Both the position numbers and the translations under genes were made by a program. From positions 672,001 to 736,000 of the forward strand of contig JBEPYN010000001.1 of assembly GCA_041641305.1 (NCBI GenBank): a stretch of 64,000 bases of DNA. Direction: 5' to 3'. Under the pieces are notes generated by a model. That model searched no databases. It saw only the letters and a program-made list of their open reading frames with translations, and was not told the origin of the DNA. This document shows, piece by piece, positions 18,655 to 28,899 of the stretch. How positions within the stretch are numbered: position 1 is the first letter of the stretch; each line of letters begins with the position of its first letter. The stretch comes from Nitrososphaerota archaeon. GTDB lineage: Archaea; Thermoproteota; Nitrososphaeria_A; Caldarchaeales; Caldarchaeaceae.

Positions 18655-19207
18655 AGAAACAAGGGAAACACGGGTCTCCGCCGAGGTAGCTCTCGACGGC
18701 ACAGGCGCCTGCAGAACATCGACGGGCTACAAGTTCCTCGACCACATGATAACAACCCTGGCCAAACACAGCTTGGTGGACATCACGGTGCAGGCGGAGG
18801 GAGATATGCGGCACCACGTCGTCGAGGACACGGCCATCGTACTTGGACAGGCTTTCGACAAAGCTCTGGGAGACCGCGTCGGCATCAAACGCTTCGGCCA
18901 CGCCATAGTCCCGATGGATGAGGCCCTGGCCCTCGCCGCTGTGGACCTCGTAAAAAGACCCAAACCAGTCATCAAGCTCAAAACCATGTTGGACACCGTC
19001 GAGGACATCCCAGTCTCCGAGATAACCCACTTCCTCGAAAGCTTCACAACCTCGCTAAACGCATCAATCCACATCCGGGTCCTGACAGGCATGGACGACC
19101 ACCACAAAGTAGAAGCAGCCTTCAAAGCACTCGCCCAAGCCCTCAAACAAGCAATCGAACAAGAGCCAAGGACAAGAGAACCACCATCAACAAAAGGAAC
19201 CATGTAA
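18629..19207 (+). CDS. hisB: Imidazoleglycerol-phosphate dehydratase
   Basis: RETRET, FLDHM, HHVVED, PMDEAL, DHHKVEAAFKA. Confidence 0.96.
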   Translation: MTRTGKAFRETRETRVSAEVALDGTGACRTSTGYKFLDHMITTLAKHSLVDITVQAEGDMRHHVVEDTAIVLGQAFDKALGDRVGIKRFGHAIVPMDEALALAAVDLVKRPKPVIKLKTMLDTVEDIPVSEITHFLESFTTSLNASIHIRVLTGMDDHHKVEAAFKALAQALKQAIEQEPRTREPPSTKGTM

Positions 19208-19346
19208 TTGTGTATATTCTTTGCTACGTGGACTTCGGCGTAGATTACATCGTGTGCTTTGATTTAGGATAAATCTTATCTATGTAGCGACACTCAGTTG
19301 GTCATGAATTTACGTGCGATTGTGGCGCACCGGCTAAGAAAAACCA

Positions 19347-19952
19347 TTGGTAATTAGGTTGCTTCAGCGTGTACAACACTACATCCAAGCCGTAGAGCCT
19401 AGAAACCTCGCGCTATCTCTCGCAATACAGCTTGGGTTAGCAGCATTCCATGGTTATGACTTTAGAGTGGGCTACGTTGCTGGCAGAAATGTTGCGCTGG
19501 GTCTTGCTCTCTTCACCATGCTCTATATTCAAAACATTTACCCGCTCGACATAGCTGTAGGATACCTCAGCAGGGCCCAGTCAGCAGGCTATGCCGAGGA
19601 CATGGCTAGCTACGTTAGGCAGGCGCTCCATCACATACCTAAGGAAGGAAACCCTGTCTGGATTTTCCCCACCACGAGAACAGACTTCACCTTAATCAAC
19701 AAAGACCTAAGCACCATAGTTGATAGACTTTTAACAGTAGCCACCCTGCCAAGAGACTCATCGGCCTACTCCCAAGCCCTCAACGACATCAGAGAAAGAT
19801 TATCAGTGATTGTCGACAACGTAAGTGAAGCGATGCCGTACATCATGCTCTCACCCACCAACCTAACAATAATTCTACTATGGCTCTTCTCTCTCCCAGC
19901 GTTTAACAGGTTCCCGAGGAAATCCAAGATGAAAAAGCAAACAGCCCTATGA
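19347..19952 (+). CDS. Hypothetical membrane protein (N-terminus possibly degraded or chimeric)
   Basis: 201-aa ORF with hydrophobic segments flanking a soluble domain (GYLSRAQ...GNPVWIFPT). Confidence 0.5.
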   Translation: MVIRLLQRVQHYIQAVEPRNLALSLAIQLGLAAFHGYDFRVGYVAGRNVALGLALFTMLYIQNIYPLDIAVGYLSRAQSAGYAEDMASYVRQALHHIPKEGNPVWIFPTTRTDFTLINKDLSTIVDRLLTVATLPRDSSAYSQALNDIRERLSVIVDNVSEAMPYIMLSPTNLTIILLWLFSLPAFNRFPRKSKMKKQTAL

Positions 19953-19968
19953 CAATAGACACATAGCA

Positions 19969-20096
19969 TGGTGCGGGGGGTGGGATTCGAACCCACGAAC
20001 CCCTTCGGGAGCGGGTTTCTACTCATGTGATCTTAAGCCCGCCGCTTTCACGGCCCCTGTTGATGGGCCTCTTTGACCAGACTTGGCTACCCCCGC
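19969..20096 (-). tRNA. tRNA-Leu(TAA) with two introns (22/23 and 37/38) and encoded CCA
   Basis: Acceptor GCGGGGG/CCCCCGC-A-CCA, T-loop TTCGAAT, long variable arm, anticodon stem GCGGG/CCCGC with CT-TAA-G. Introns at 20046-20070 (25 nt, GGCCC/GGGCC hairpin) and 20017-20031 (15 nt). Confidence 0.9.
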
Positions 20097-20135
20097 CCTT
20101 CTACTTGATGTGTTTGGGTGTTTTTATGGCTGTTG

Positions 20136-20303
20136 TCAGCGTTTCTTGGGGTTGAGCCAGTTGTAGCTTCTCCACTTTGGTGACGGGTATCCGCAGTATG
20201 CGCATCTCTTTTTCGACTTGTGGAAGCTTCGGCGTCCGCATCTTCTGCAGCGTATGTGCTGGGGCTTGTTGTATTTGCCCATCGAGGGTGTTCCCTTAAC
20301 CAT
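20136..20303 (-). CDS. rpl37e: 50S ribosomal protein L37e
   Basis: Not in ORF track: [55 protein letters not shown]. Sits in the usual position downstream of the Sm gene. Confidence 0.95.
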   Translation of the reverse strand: MVKGTPSMGKYNKPQHIRCRRCGRRSFHKSKKRCAYCGYPSPKWRSYNWLNPKKR

Positions 20304-20351
20304 CCTCTATCCCACCTACGTTCACATAGCCATGATTAATAGCTTGACGCC

Positions 20352-20576
20352 TCAGGGCGGGGAGATCATTACGATGCTGTCTCCTCTTACAACGATTGTT
20401 CCGAGCTTGTTCTGGGTGTTTTCGTCGACGAGCTCGTCGGTGTCTTCGAGGACGATGTTCATGTGCTGGTCGTAGCCTTTGAGCAATCCGCGTAGCACTT
20501 TGCCGTTGCGCAGCCTCACCAAGACTGTGGAGCCGACGCTTTTTGAGAGGATTTTGAGGGAGACATCCGATGACAA
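20352..20576 (-). CDS. Sm/Lsm family protein
   Basis: Sm1 GLLKGYDQHMNIVL and Sm2 VRGDSI motifs. Confidence 0.93.
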   Translation of the reverse strand: MSSDVSLKILSKSVGSTVLVRLRNGKVLRGLLKGYDQHMNIVLEDTDELVDENTQNKLGTIVVRGDSIVMISPP

Positions 20577-20612
20577 GGTCGCTTGTTTTGTTTGCGTAGT
20601 TGTTTATATGGG

Positions 20613-22529
20613 TTATGTGACGGGGACTATTGTCTCAAGGTTGTGTGGGGTGAATATGCTGGCCGGGGTTATCCGTGTGAGGGCTGAGGCGAGGCTCTCC
20701 ACAGCGTTTTCCTCGCCGTGGACGAGGATGATGTTACGTGGTTTGGGTGTGATTCTTTTCACATAGTTTATCAGCTGCTGTCTGCTGCTGTGGCCCGAGA
20801 AGCCGTCCACCTTCTCCACCTGCATCTTAACGTTTAGAACCTCGGGCTTTCCTTCACCGTTCCTCAGCAACACCTCTCGCACACCCTTCAACAACGTCCT
20901 GCCCAAGGTGCCTTCAACCTGGTAGCTCACAAACAGCAGGAGATTGTTCTCGTCGCCGCCGAATGCTTTCAAGTACTTGAGCACAGGCCCTCCCTCGAGC
21001 ATGCCCGAAGTCGAGATGACAACCATCGGCTCACGCATCTCGAGGATCTCCTGCCTCTGGGACTCGCCTTTGACGGGTGTGAAGTATTCGGAGAGGAAGA
21101 TATTGTCGCCTTCGCGGAGTCTTTGCTGCAGCTCTGCCGTGAAGTAGTCGGGGAAGCCCGTGTGTATGGCCGTCGCCTCTATGACCAGGCCGTCTAGAAA
21201 AACAGGTGTCTCGACGAGCTTTTTCTCCCTGAAGAGCTTGTTGAGGACGAGCATGATTTCCTGTGCGCGTCCTATGGCTGGCACAGGTATGATGACCTTG
21301 CCTCCGCTGTTGATGGTCGCGGTTATCTTCTCGGCGAGGAGTGCTTCACTCTGCTCAAGCGTATAGGGGACGGGTGTGGCGCCATAGGTGCTCTCCATTA
21401 TCAGCGTCTCGACGCGTGGAAACTTTGAGACGCAGGGGTCGAGGGCCGTTGACCTCTCATACTTGAAGTCGCCTGTGTAGACGATGTTATGGAGGCCCTC
21501 GCCTATGTGGAGGTGGACGGCGGAGCTTCCGAGGATGTGGCCTGCGTTGTAGAAGATTAGGCGGATGTCTGGCGTGATGTTTGTCACTACCCCATATCGG
21601 AGGGGGAAGCTGTGCTGGAGTGCGAGCCTTATGTCTGATTCGCCGTATGGCGCGAAGGCGCCTTCTTTGCCCGCTACGGAGACGTAGTCGGATACCTCGA
21701 GGGCCATGAGGGGCAGGGTGGGTTCGACGGCGTAGACGGGGCCTCTGTATCCGTATTTGAAGAGGTAGGGGACGAGGCCGACGTGGTCGAGGTGGGCGTG
21801 TGAGAGGACGACTGCGTCCAGCTCTTCGACGAGGTTGGGGATAGCGTCGAATCGTGGGTAGAAGCTGAGGCTTGTGGAAGCGCCGGCGGAGAGGCCGCAG
21901 TCAAGCATCACGGTGGATTCGCTTGTCTGCACGAGAATACATGATCTACCAACCTGCCGACCAGCGCCCAGCACCGTTATCCTCACATCCCTCGACTCGA
22001 AGGTCATGGTCCTGAAAACACGTTCACCTACTCTCCTGAGTATGTCAAGCTTCTCCTCGGTGTCCCAGTAGAGGTAGCGTTTGATACGTTCGATGGTTTT
22101 CGACGGCATGAGGGGGTCGCGGTTTATTCGTATGACCCAGCCAGTCTCCTCGATTAGCTGATTCAACACCTCTGTACGGTCGATGTTTGTTATGCGTGGG
22201 TCGCTGGATTCGACAACTATTTCCCCAAGAGGCTCGTCGACGATGAGGCGGAAACCGTTTCCCAGCACTTGCTTAATTATCTCCTCAGCCTCCTCCCGAG
22301 GCCTTCTCAGCTCAACATCAGGCCTTATCACCACTCTCTTCTTGATGAGCGTGACAAGCTCACGCGCAATCTTGTCCCTCTCGCGGAAAACTTCTCGGCT
22401 GTTGGTGTAGACGGCTATCCTCGGCCCCTCGTACTCAATCCTCGACACCGGCTGCTCCCTGGTCTCAAGAGACGAGAAGTACCGTAGCAGCTCCGTCCGA
22501 ACCCTCTCAACCGAAGCCAATTCTCTCAC
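20613..22529 (-). CDS. fttA: aCPSF1 / FttA beta-CASP ribonuclease with KH domains (transcription termination factor)
   Basis: EYEGPRIAVYT, QVGRSC, SHAHLDH, AGHILGS, MESTYG, GFSGHS, VHGE. Confidence 0.95.
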   Translation of the reverse strand: MRELASVERVRTELLRYFSSLETREQPVSRIEYEGPRIAVYTNSREVFRERDKIARELVTLIKKRVVIRPDVELRRPREEAEEIIKQVLGNGFRLIVDEPLGEIVVESSDPRITNIDRTEVLNQLIEETGWVIRINRDPLMPSKTIERIKRYLYWDTEEKLDILRRVGERVFRTMTFESRDVRITVLGAGRQVGRSCILVQTSESTVMLDCGLSAGASTSLSFYPRFDAIPNLVEELDAVVLSHAHLDHVGLVPYLFKYGYRGPVYAVEPTLPLMALEVSDYVSVAGKEGAFAPYGESDIRLALQHSFPLRYGVVTNITPDIRLIFYNAGHILGSSAVHLHIGEGLHNIVYTGDFKYERSTALDPCVSKFPRVETLIMESTYGATPVPYTLEQSEALLAEKITATINSGGKVIIPVPAIGRAQEIMLVLNKLFREKKLVETPVFLDGLVIEATAIHTGFPDYFTAELQQRLREGDNIFLSEYFTPVKGESQRQEILEMREPMVVISTSGMLEGGPVLKYLKAFGGDENNLLLFVSYQVEGTLGRTLLKGVREVLLRNGEGKPEVLNVKMQVEKVDGFSGHSSRQQLINYVKRITPKPRNIILVHGEENAVESLASALTRITPASIFTPHNLETIVPVT

Positions 22530-22530
22530 A

Positions 22531-23202
22531 CTACGTTATTGGAAGATAGTTGAAGTATTTCCTGTATAGGGGTGCTTTCTCGTCGAGCGAAAGCTCCCCG
22601 TAACCTTTATCCCTTAAAACATAGGCGACGTCGACGCTGTCGCCGCTTCCCGCATCACGTCTAATAGCGGCCGAAACCGCTTGAAACGCGAGCTCAACCG
22701 CTTCGTCGAAGCTCATGTCCTCGCGATAGTTTGGCTCGAGTACGCCGTAGGCAACCGGGCTGCCTGAACCTGTGGAGATGAGCTTCTCCTCTGTGACGGA
22801 GCCGAAGGGGTCGAGGTTGTAGAGATGTGGGCCCTCGTTATCAACGCCTGCGAGGATCAACTGTGCGTAGAAGGGGAAGAAGCGTGAGCTGAACATGATG
22901 CTTGAGGTTAGTCGCGCGACCGCGGGCAGCGACATGGTCTGCCCCCGCATAATCTGGTAGTAGTTGATGTTTGCCTTAAGCAAGTCTATGAGGCTCTGAG
23001 CGTCGGCCACACGGCCGGCTATTGTGATGGCAACATGAGGAGCTAATGGGAAGACTTTCTTGCCTCTTCTATGGGCTACGAAGAAACCCGCTGTTACACG
23101 GGTGTCTGTTGCCACTACTACCGCGTCTTTAACCACCATGCCAACGGTGGTGGTCCCTGTCGTCAAAGCCTTGGGCTTGTCAACCGGATACAAATGCAGC
23201 AC
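22531..23202 (-). CDS. psmB: Proteasome beta subunit
   Basis: Propeptide followed by TG-TTTVG; TGSGSPVAYG; RRDAGSG. Confidence 0.95.
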   Translation of the reverse strand: MLHLYPVDKPKALTTGTTTVGMVVKDAVVVATDTRVTAGFFVAHRRGKKVFPLAPHVAITIAGRVADAQSLIDLLKANINYYQIMRGQTMSLPAVARLTSSIMFSSRFFPFYAQLILAGVDNEGPHLYNLDPFGSVTEEKLISTGSGSPVAYGVLEPNYREDMSFDEAVELAFQAVSAAIRRDAGSGDSVDVAYVLRDKGYGELSLDEKAPLYRKYFNYLPIT

Positions 23203-23321
23203 CTTGATATTTTACAGGCGTTGATGAAATGCTGTCAGCACCTTAAAAACCTTCCCACACCATCGCAAAGCCGCCGATACTCTGCTTGCGTTTAAATAAA
23301 ACGTTTGAGGTGTTGAGTGGG

Positions 23322-24038
23322 ATGGCGGAGGAAAAGGCTTCAAAGAGTCAGCAGCTGGCCGTCGAGCCCAACTCCTATGTCTTGGTTGATTACACCATCA
23401 GGGTCAAAGAGACAGGCGAGCTCGTGGACACGACCGTCGAAGAGGAGGCGGTGAAAGCAGGTGTCCGCGACGCCTCGAAGGTCTATGAGCCAAAGCTTGT
23501 GATCGTGGGGAAGGGATTTCTGCTCAAAGCAATCGAAGACGAGATGATTGGGCTGAAGCCCTCTGAGAAGAAGTCATTCGAGATTGCGCCTGAGAAGGCT
23601 TTTGGACAGCGTGATCCCGCGAACGTGAAGACTATTCCGTTGAAGAGGTTTAGGGACTCTGACACGCCGCCGAGGGTGGGTGCGGTGGTTAACGTGGATG
23701 GCAGGCAGGGAGTTATCAGGGCTGTTGGCTCCGGACGTGTGCAGGTGGATTTCAACCACTACCTCGCGGGGAAAACGCTTGTCTGCGACCTCGAAATAAA
23801 ATCGATTCTGACCGATGAACTTGACAAGGTCCGAAACCTAATACACATGCATTTCCCCGACGTCCCCCTCGAGAAGTTTGAGGTAAACTTGGCACCACCT
23901 CTCCTACGCGTCAAAATCCCCGAGGAGGCTTTCCTCGCACCCGGCATCCAGTTGGCGAAACGTGCGCTGGCCAGGGAGTTTAAGGAGGCTGTGAAGGGCC
24001 TCGAGAAAGTCGTCTTCGAAGAAGAATATAGCGGATAA
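23322..24038 (+). CDS. FKBP-type peptidyl-prolyl isomerase (long archaeal type)
   Basis: VDYT..GELVDTT, PEKAFG.RD, VDFNHYLAGKTL. Confidence 0.9.
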   Translation: MAEEKASKSQQLAVEPNSYVLVDYTIRVKETGELVDTTVEEEAVKAGVRDASKVYEPKLVIVGKGFLLKAIEDEMIGLKPSEKKSFEIAPEKAFGQRDPANVKTIPLKRFRDSDTPPRVGAVVNVDGRQGVIRAVGSGRVQVDFNHYLAGKTLVCDLEIKSILTDELDKVRNLIHMHFPDVPLEKFEVNLAPPLLRVKIPEEAFLAPGIQLAKRALAREFKEAVKGLEKVVFEEEYSG

Positions 24039-24387
24039 AGGCTGCGACGTAGACGATTTGGAGCAGGTTGCCGACGAGGAAAATGCCTGATTCAAGCGCT
24101 CGGCCTGATGTTAGGAAAAATATGTGGGCGGGGGCTGGGAGAGAGATGGACAGAACCGTGATGGCGAGAACCATTCCAAGCCAGTATCCCGCTGCCCTGT
24201 CGAGAAAAGCCAACACCGTCGCGGCGACAAACCCTGTGAACCCTATGAGAAGCATGGAGAGAAGCCATGGAGGAACAATCCGCCACGCCGTGGCTATAAA
24301 CACCACACCCAAAACGCTGGTGGCCGCGAGGAGGATGCGGAGTAGCTTCATGTATTTCTTTGTGTATGCTGCGGGATTTATAGGCAT
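23980..24387 (-). CDS. Hypothetical 4-TM membrane protein
   Basis: Four hydrophobic segments; follows nusA; 3' end overlaps the FKBP gene. Confidence 0.6.
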   Translation of the reverse strand: MPINPAAYTKKYMKLLRILLAATSVLGVVFIATAWRIVPPWLLSMLLIGFTGFVAATVLAFLDRAAGYWLGMVLAITVLSISLPAPAHIFFLTSGRALESGIFLVGNLLQIVYVAAFIRYILLRRRLSRGPSQPP

Positions 24388-24392
24388 CCGGT

Positions 24393-24827
24393 TTACTGGA
24401 TTGCCACGTGGTCTATGTTGAAGTGTCGTTTGACGAGGAGGCGGGCAAGGTTGATGTTTTTCCCGTCCTTGCCGATTGCCACGCCCTTGTCACGCGGGTT
24501 AACGTTGACCACCGCGATTTTCCTGCCGTCGGGTTTCTCAGACACCCTGACCGGTTCGATGACCTCCGCGGGATAGAGAAGGTTCTTTATGAAGACCGTG
24601 GCATCTGTGGAATATTCGACAACCTTGATACGTTTCCGAAATATGCGGACAAGCTCTTTTATTTTTGCGCCGTGTCCCATCAACGCTTTTTTCAAATCAC
24701 CCTGCCTCACCACAAAAGTTATGATATCCTCTTCGTCGACGCAGTCTACAACAGCCGCGCCGGTGACTGCTTCAAACATCTGAATGTACTTGATTTCTTT
24801 TTCGGTGAGTTTCACTCCTTCGCCCAA
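24393..24827 (-). CDS. nusA: Archaeal NusA (KH domains)
   Basis: KLTEKEIKYI..FE..TGA..VDC, KGVAIGKDGKNI; located in the rpo operon. Confidence 0.93.
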   Translation of the reverse strand: MGEGVKLTEKEIKYIQMFEAVTGAAVVDCVDEEDIITFVVRQGDLKKALMGHGAKIKELVRIFRKRIKVVEYSTDATVFIKNLLYPAEVIEPVRVSEKPDGRKIAVVNVNPRDKGVAIGKDGKNINLARLLVKRHFNIDHVAIQ

Positions 24828-25132
24828 GCGGTTTCACTCCGGACGTGGTCGAGGATGTCAGAGCTGCCGGCGTCGAGGACGGCTATGAAAGAGGTTGAGA
24901 AAGGCTTACGCAGAGCAAGACCCAGCTCTGCAGGCGTGAGCTCGGTAACAATGACGGGCACATCGAAGGCCTTTGCGACTATTCGTAGTCTCGCGAGGAG
25001 CTCTGGGCTGGAATGTGTCGAGGCCACAACGGCAACCGCCTTTTTCTGCATCACTTTACGCATCGTTTCACGGTAGCCAACGACGAGAGAACCTGTCCGG
25101 GTGATTACCTGCAGCGACTGCCGCAAATCCAT
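24812..25132 (-). CDS. rpl30e: 50S ribosomal protein L30e
   Basis: TGSLVVGYRET..., ELGLALRKPF...LDAGSSDIL; located between rpo1 and nusA. Confidence 0.9.
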   Translation of the reverse strand: MDLRQSLQVITRTGSLVVGYRETMRKVMQKKAVAVVASTHSSPELLARLRIVAKAFDVPVIVTELTPAELGLALRKPFSTSFIAVLDAGSSDILDHVRSETAWAKE

Positions 25133-25134
25133 CT

Positions 25135-28100
25135 CTACTCACCTCTCTCGTGGCTCATCAACAGGTTTACCATACCTGTTCCCACCTGTATTTCACGTCC
25201 AATAAGAATTCTTTCGACGTTGCCCTTCAGGTTATCGACCTCGCCGCGTGCAGCCGCCTCGAGAAGGGTCTGGACACTAATCTCATATGCGGCTCTCGCC
25301 AACACGCTGCTCTTCAGCTTCACGACACCGTGTCTGCCGATTTGTTTGACGCTGCCGCTGACGGTCATCATGTCAGCGAGAAGGAGTAGGTGTCTCAGGT
25401 CGACGTCGAGGCCCTGGTCCTCGAGAACGGCCTTGGCCTCTTCTACTATCGCGTTGCGGGCGGCTTCTATCCCGAAAACCTCCGCTATCTCGTAGATGTC
25501 GTTGGTTTTTATTCTTCTCCAGTCGACGCCGGGGACCTCCATTACCTCCCGTAGGTTGGAGCCCTCTGTTCTGATGACGTATTCATCGTTTTCCTTGAAC
25601 ACCGTGGCCTTCTTAATCTTGCGTATACCCTTAACCTTGATGGCTGAAATTCTCTCCCTTACACCTGATATATCCGTCAAGCTCTCCTCATCCAGCTTAA
25701 CCGAGATAACGTGTCTCTCCTCGTCATATTCTGCTCCATGACCCTTCAAAGCCTTATCAATGTCCTTCTTTGTCACACCATGTTCTTCAAGGCTTTTATC
25801 GTCGAGGCGAACCTCCAAGGCTCCACGCTTATAGTTGACAAGAACCTCTGAAATCAAGTCTCCAATTGTAGTGTGCTGTATCTGCTTAGCAAGCTTCCTC
25901 GCCTTAGCGAGGTTGTTCGCATACTCCGGTGCCAACGGTATGTACATTATGGGTGTTGTGGGTGTACGACGTGCGTCAACTATCTCGATGAGCCTCGGCA
26001 ACCCCTTGAGAATGCTCTGCTCACCGACACCTGCGAAGTGGAAGGTTCGAAGCGTAAGCTGGGTGCCCGGCTCACCGATAGACTGGGCCGTCACCACTCC
26101 TACAGCGTCCCCAGGTTCCGCTAAGGAGTTGCTGAACTTTGAAACTGTTTCCTCAACTATTTTGTCGACCGCCGCTGTTGGTGGTTTTGTTTTCTCCAGC
26201 TCCATCCGCAGCTCGTCTATGATTTTCTTGTTGAGTCTGTCGGCAGCCTGTTGTAGTTTCTGCTCTATGTATTCGGGGGTGGCGGGTTTTCCGGATGGCG
26301 CTGACGCGAGGACCGTGTTGACGATGTTTGAGACGGTTACGGCTTTACCATGGTCTGACTTCGCTGGGTCGACACCATCCTCTCCATAGGCGAACTGGAT
26401 AATTCTGCCCTCGTCCGCTGTTCTCACCGTGCCGTCGTAGTCGATGTATAGAGACTCCAACGCGTTTATGAGACGGCGCTGCATGTATCCGCTCTGCTGT
26501 GTCCTGACAGCTGTGTCGACAAGTCCGTCGCGTCCGCCGACGGCGTGGAAGAAGAACTCCAGCGGGTCAAGTCCTGAGATAAAGGAGTTGTAAACGAATC
26601 CTCGGGCGCGTGGCGAGACATCGTTCGGCTTGAAGAAGCTTAGCACACGTTTGCGGTATCCTCTGTGGATACGTTCTCTTCTGACAGACTGCTGGCCAAC
26701 GACGGCTATCATCTGGTCAAGGTTGAGCATCGTGCCTCTCGCTCCTGTTTTAGCCATTATGAAGGCCGAGCTATTCTGCGACACCCTTGACCTTATGAGT
26801 TTTCCAGCTGAGTCTCGTGCCTCGCTCAGTATTTTGAGGACATCTGCTTCGAAGGCCTGCTCAGCCGTCATCCCTGGCGGAATCTCCACTTCACCCGCCT
26901 GATACAGTGCAAGGAGTTTGGAGAACTCTGTCTCCGATTTCTTGAATATCTGCTGTATTTCGCTGTGTATCTGGTCAGGCACGTAGAGATCGTCGACGGA
27001 GAAGGTGAAGCCTTTCAACTCGATGAAGGTGTTGGCCAGCCGCACCACGTTGTCCAGGAACTGGCGCGCAACCTCTGGGCCGTAGTCGCGGGCAAGCCTG
27101 TGCAAAATGCTGTTGGCTTTCTCCACCCCAACCGAGCCCTTGTCTATCACTCCGGAGACGAGCTGCCCGTTTTTGACCACGACCTCGGTGTTGGTGAAGG
27201 AGGATTTGGTGACGTGGTTGAAGTCTTTGGGCAGTAAGAGGCTGAAGACCTGTTTACCTGTCCACATGGGCTCAGGATCTTTGGTCGCTGGCGGAGGCAG
27301 GGGACCCTTATATTTTATCGCCGCCAGCAACATGGATAGCTCGGATTTGTTGAGCCGTGTTTCATCCCGTGTAAGCAGGTAGAGTGAGGTGAGGAAGTCT
27401 CTAATTACTCCGATGATCGGAGCCCCGTATCTTGGTGAGATGATGTTGTTTTCGACGACGAGGATTTCGCGGGCCTCTGTCTGGGCTTCCTCGCTCTGGG
27501 GCACGTGGAGGTTCATTTCGTCGCCGTCGAAGTCGGCGTTGTATGGTGTGCAGACAGCGGGGTTGAGGCGGAGCGTCTTGTATGGAAGAACACGGACGTA
27601 ATGCGCCATTATGGACATCCTGTGCAGAGAAGGCTGCCGGTTGAAGAGCACTATATCACCATCCTGCAGATGTCTCTCGACGACGTAGCCGGGTTCAAGA
27701 GCCGTGGCAATCTCTTCGAGGTTGGCCACAAACTTTAGCCTAACCCGTTTCCCGTCGGGCCTTATGATGTATTTTGCGCCCGGGTATTTGTCGGAGCCGT
27801 TGCGGACAAGCATCCGCATTTTCTCGAGGTTCCAGGGTGTCACTCTCTCGGCTACAGTAAGCTGCATAGCCACCTCAAGCGGGACACCGACCTCGTTGAT
27901 GCGGATGTTTGGATCGGGTGAGATGACTGTCCGCGCCGAGAAGTCGACGCGTTTACCTGAGAGGTTAAGCCTGAACCTGCCCTCCTTACCCTTGAGACGC
28001 TGAGCCAAAGTCTTCAACACTCTGCCAGACCTATGCTTCGCCGGAACCACGCCGACAGCCTCGTTGTTGAAATACGTGGTCACATGGTATTGGAGAAGGT

Positions 28101-28899
28101 CTGAAAGCTCCTCTATGACGGGGGACGGTGAGCCGGCTCGGATGTTTTCGCGGAGACGCTGCGTAACCCTGAGGATGTCGACGAGCTTGTGTGTGAGGTC
28201 GTCCTCGGACCTGTAGCCAGATTCGAGGGTTATGCTCGGCCTCACGTAGACAGGTGGAACAGGGAGAACGGTAAGCACCATCCACTCGGGCCGCGAGGTC
28301 TGCGGGTTGATGTCCAAGAGTATGAGGTCTGAGTCGGATATTCTCTCGAGCCTCGCTCTCACCGTGCTCGGGTTGAGTTTTGTGGACCCGCTTTCAGACA
28401 TCTCGGAGAAAGATGTAGGCTTCTCAAGCTCCAGCCTTAGCTGTTTCTCGCCACAGTGTGGGCAGACCTGCGTATTCATCGCCTTCTGCTTAATTCTGTA
28501 GATGAGGTTTTTGAAAGGCAGGTTGTTGGCTTTGAGACGCTCCAGCTCCTGGTGATATTTCTTGACCTCGTCTTCTGGAAGCAGTATTCTTCCGCAGGAG
28601 CGGCATGTGGATTTGAGAAGTTCGTAGATGGTTTTTGCGAAGCCGACGTGTATAACGGGGACGGGGAGCTCGATGCGGCCGAAGTGTCCGGGGCAGCCAA
28701 GGTAGGTGTTTCCACATGTTTTGCACCTTTGCCCGGGCTCGAGGGTTCCGAGCCTCGGGTCCATGACGCTTGTGGGTATGGGTAGGCCGTCTTCGTCGTA
28801 GGTGTCTGGGCTGATTATCTCGGCTACGCTCATCTTTCTTATCAGGTCTGGCGAAAGGATGCCGAACCTTATGCCGGCGACAGATGCTGCGGTGCTCAT
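25135..28899 (-). CDS. rpo1: DNA-directed RNA polymerase largest subunit Rpo1 (A' and A'' unsplit)
   Basis: CPGHFG, GKRVDFSARTVI, YNADFDGDEMN and SGYMQRRL, followed in the same ORF by AQSIGEPGTQLTLRTFH and GTG. Confidence 0.98.
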   Translation of the reverse strand: MSTAASVAGIRFGILSPDLIRKMSVAEIISPDTYDEDGLPIPTSVMDPRLGTLEPGQRCKTCGNTYLGCPGHFGRIELPVPVIHVGFAKTIYELLKSTCRSCGRILLPEDEVKKYHQELERLKANNLPFKNLIYRIKQKAMNTQVCPHCGEKQLRLELEKPTSFSEMSESGSTKLNPSTVRARLERISDSDLILLDINPQTSRPEWMVLTVLPVPPVYVRPSITLESGYRSEDDLTHKLVDILRVTQRLRENIRAGSPSPVIEELSDLLQYHVTTYFNNEAVGVVPAKHRSGRVLKTLAQRLKGKEGRFRLNLSGKRVDFSARTVISPDPNIRINEVGVPLEVAMQLTVAERVTPWNLEKMRMLVRNGSDKYPGAKYIIRPDGKRVRLKFVANLEEIATALEPGYVVERHLQDGDIVLFNRQPSLHRMSIMAHYVRVLPYKTLRLNPAVCTPYNADFDGDEMNLHVPQSEEAQTEAREILVVENNIISPRYGAPIIGVIRDFLTSLYLLTRDETRLNKSELSMLLAAIKYKGPLPPPATKDPEPMWTGKQVFSLLLPKDFNHVTKSSFTNTEVVVKNGQLVSGVIDKGSVGVEKANSILHRLARDYGPEVARQFLDNVVRLANTFIELKGFTFSVDDLYVPDQIHSEIQQIFKKSETEFSKLLALYQAGEVEIPPGMTAEQAFEADVLKILSEARDSAGKLIRSRVSQNSSAFIMAKTGARGTMLNLDQMIAVVGQQSVRRERIHRGYRKRVLSFFKPNDVSPRARGFVYNSFISGLDPLEFFFHAVGGRDGLVDTAVRTQQSGYMQRRLINALESLYIDYDGTVRTADEGRIIQFAYGEDGVDPAKSDHGKAVTVSNIVNTVLASAPSGKPATPEYIEQKLQQAADRLNKKIIDELRMELEKTKPPTAAVDKIVEETVSKFSNSLAEPGDAVGVVTAQSIGEPGTQLTLRTFHFAGVGEQSILKGLPRLIEIVDARRTPTTPIMYIPLAPEYANNLAKARKLAKQIQHTTIGDLISEVLVNYKRGALEVRLDDKSLEEHGVTKKDIDKALKGHGAEYDEERHVISVKLDEESLTDISGVRERISAIKVKGIRKIKKATVFKENDEYVIRTEGSNLREVMEVPGVDWRRIKTNDIYEIAEVFGIEAARNAIVEEAKAVLEDQGLDVDLRHLLLLADMMTVSGSVKQIGRHGVVKLKSSVLARAAYEISVQTLLEAAARGEVDNLKGNVERILIGREIQVGTGMVNLLMSHERGE

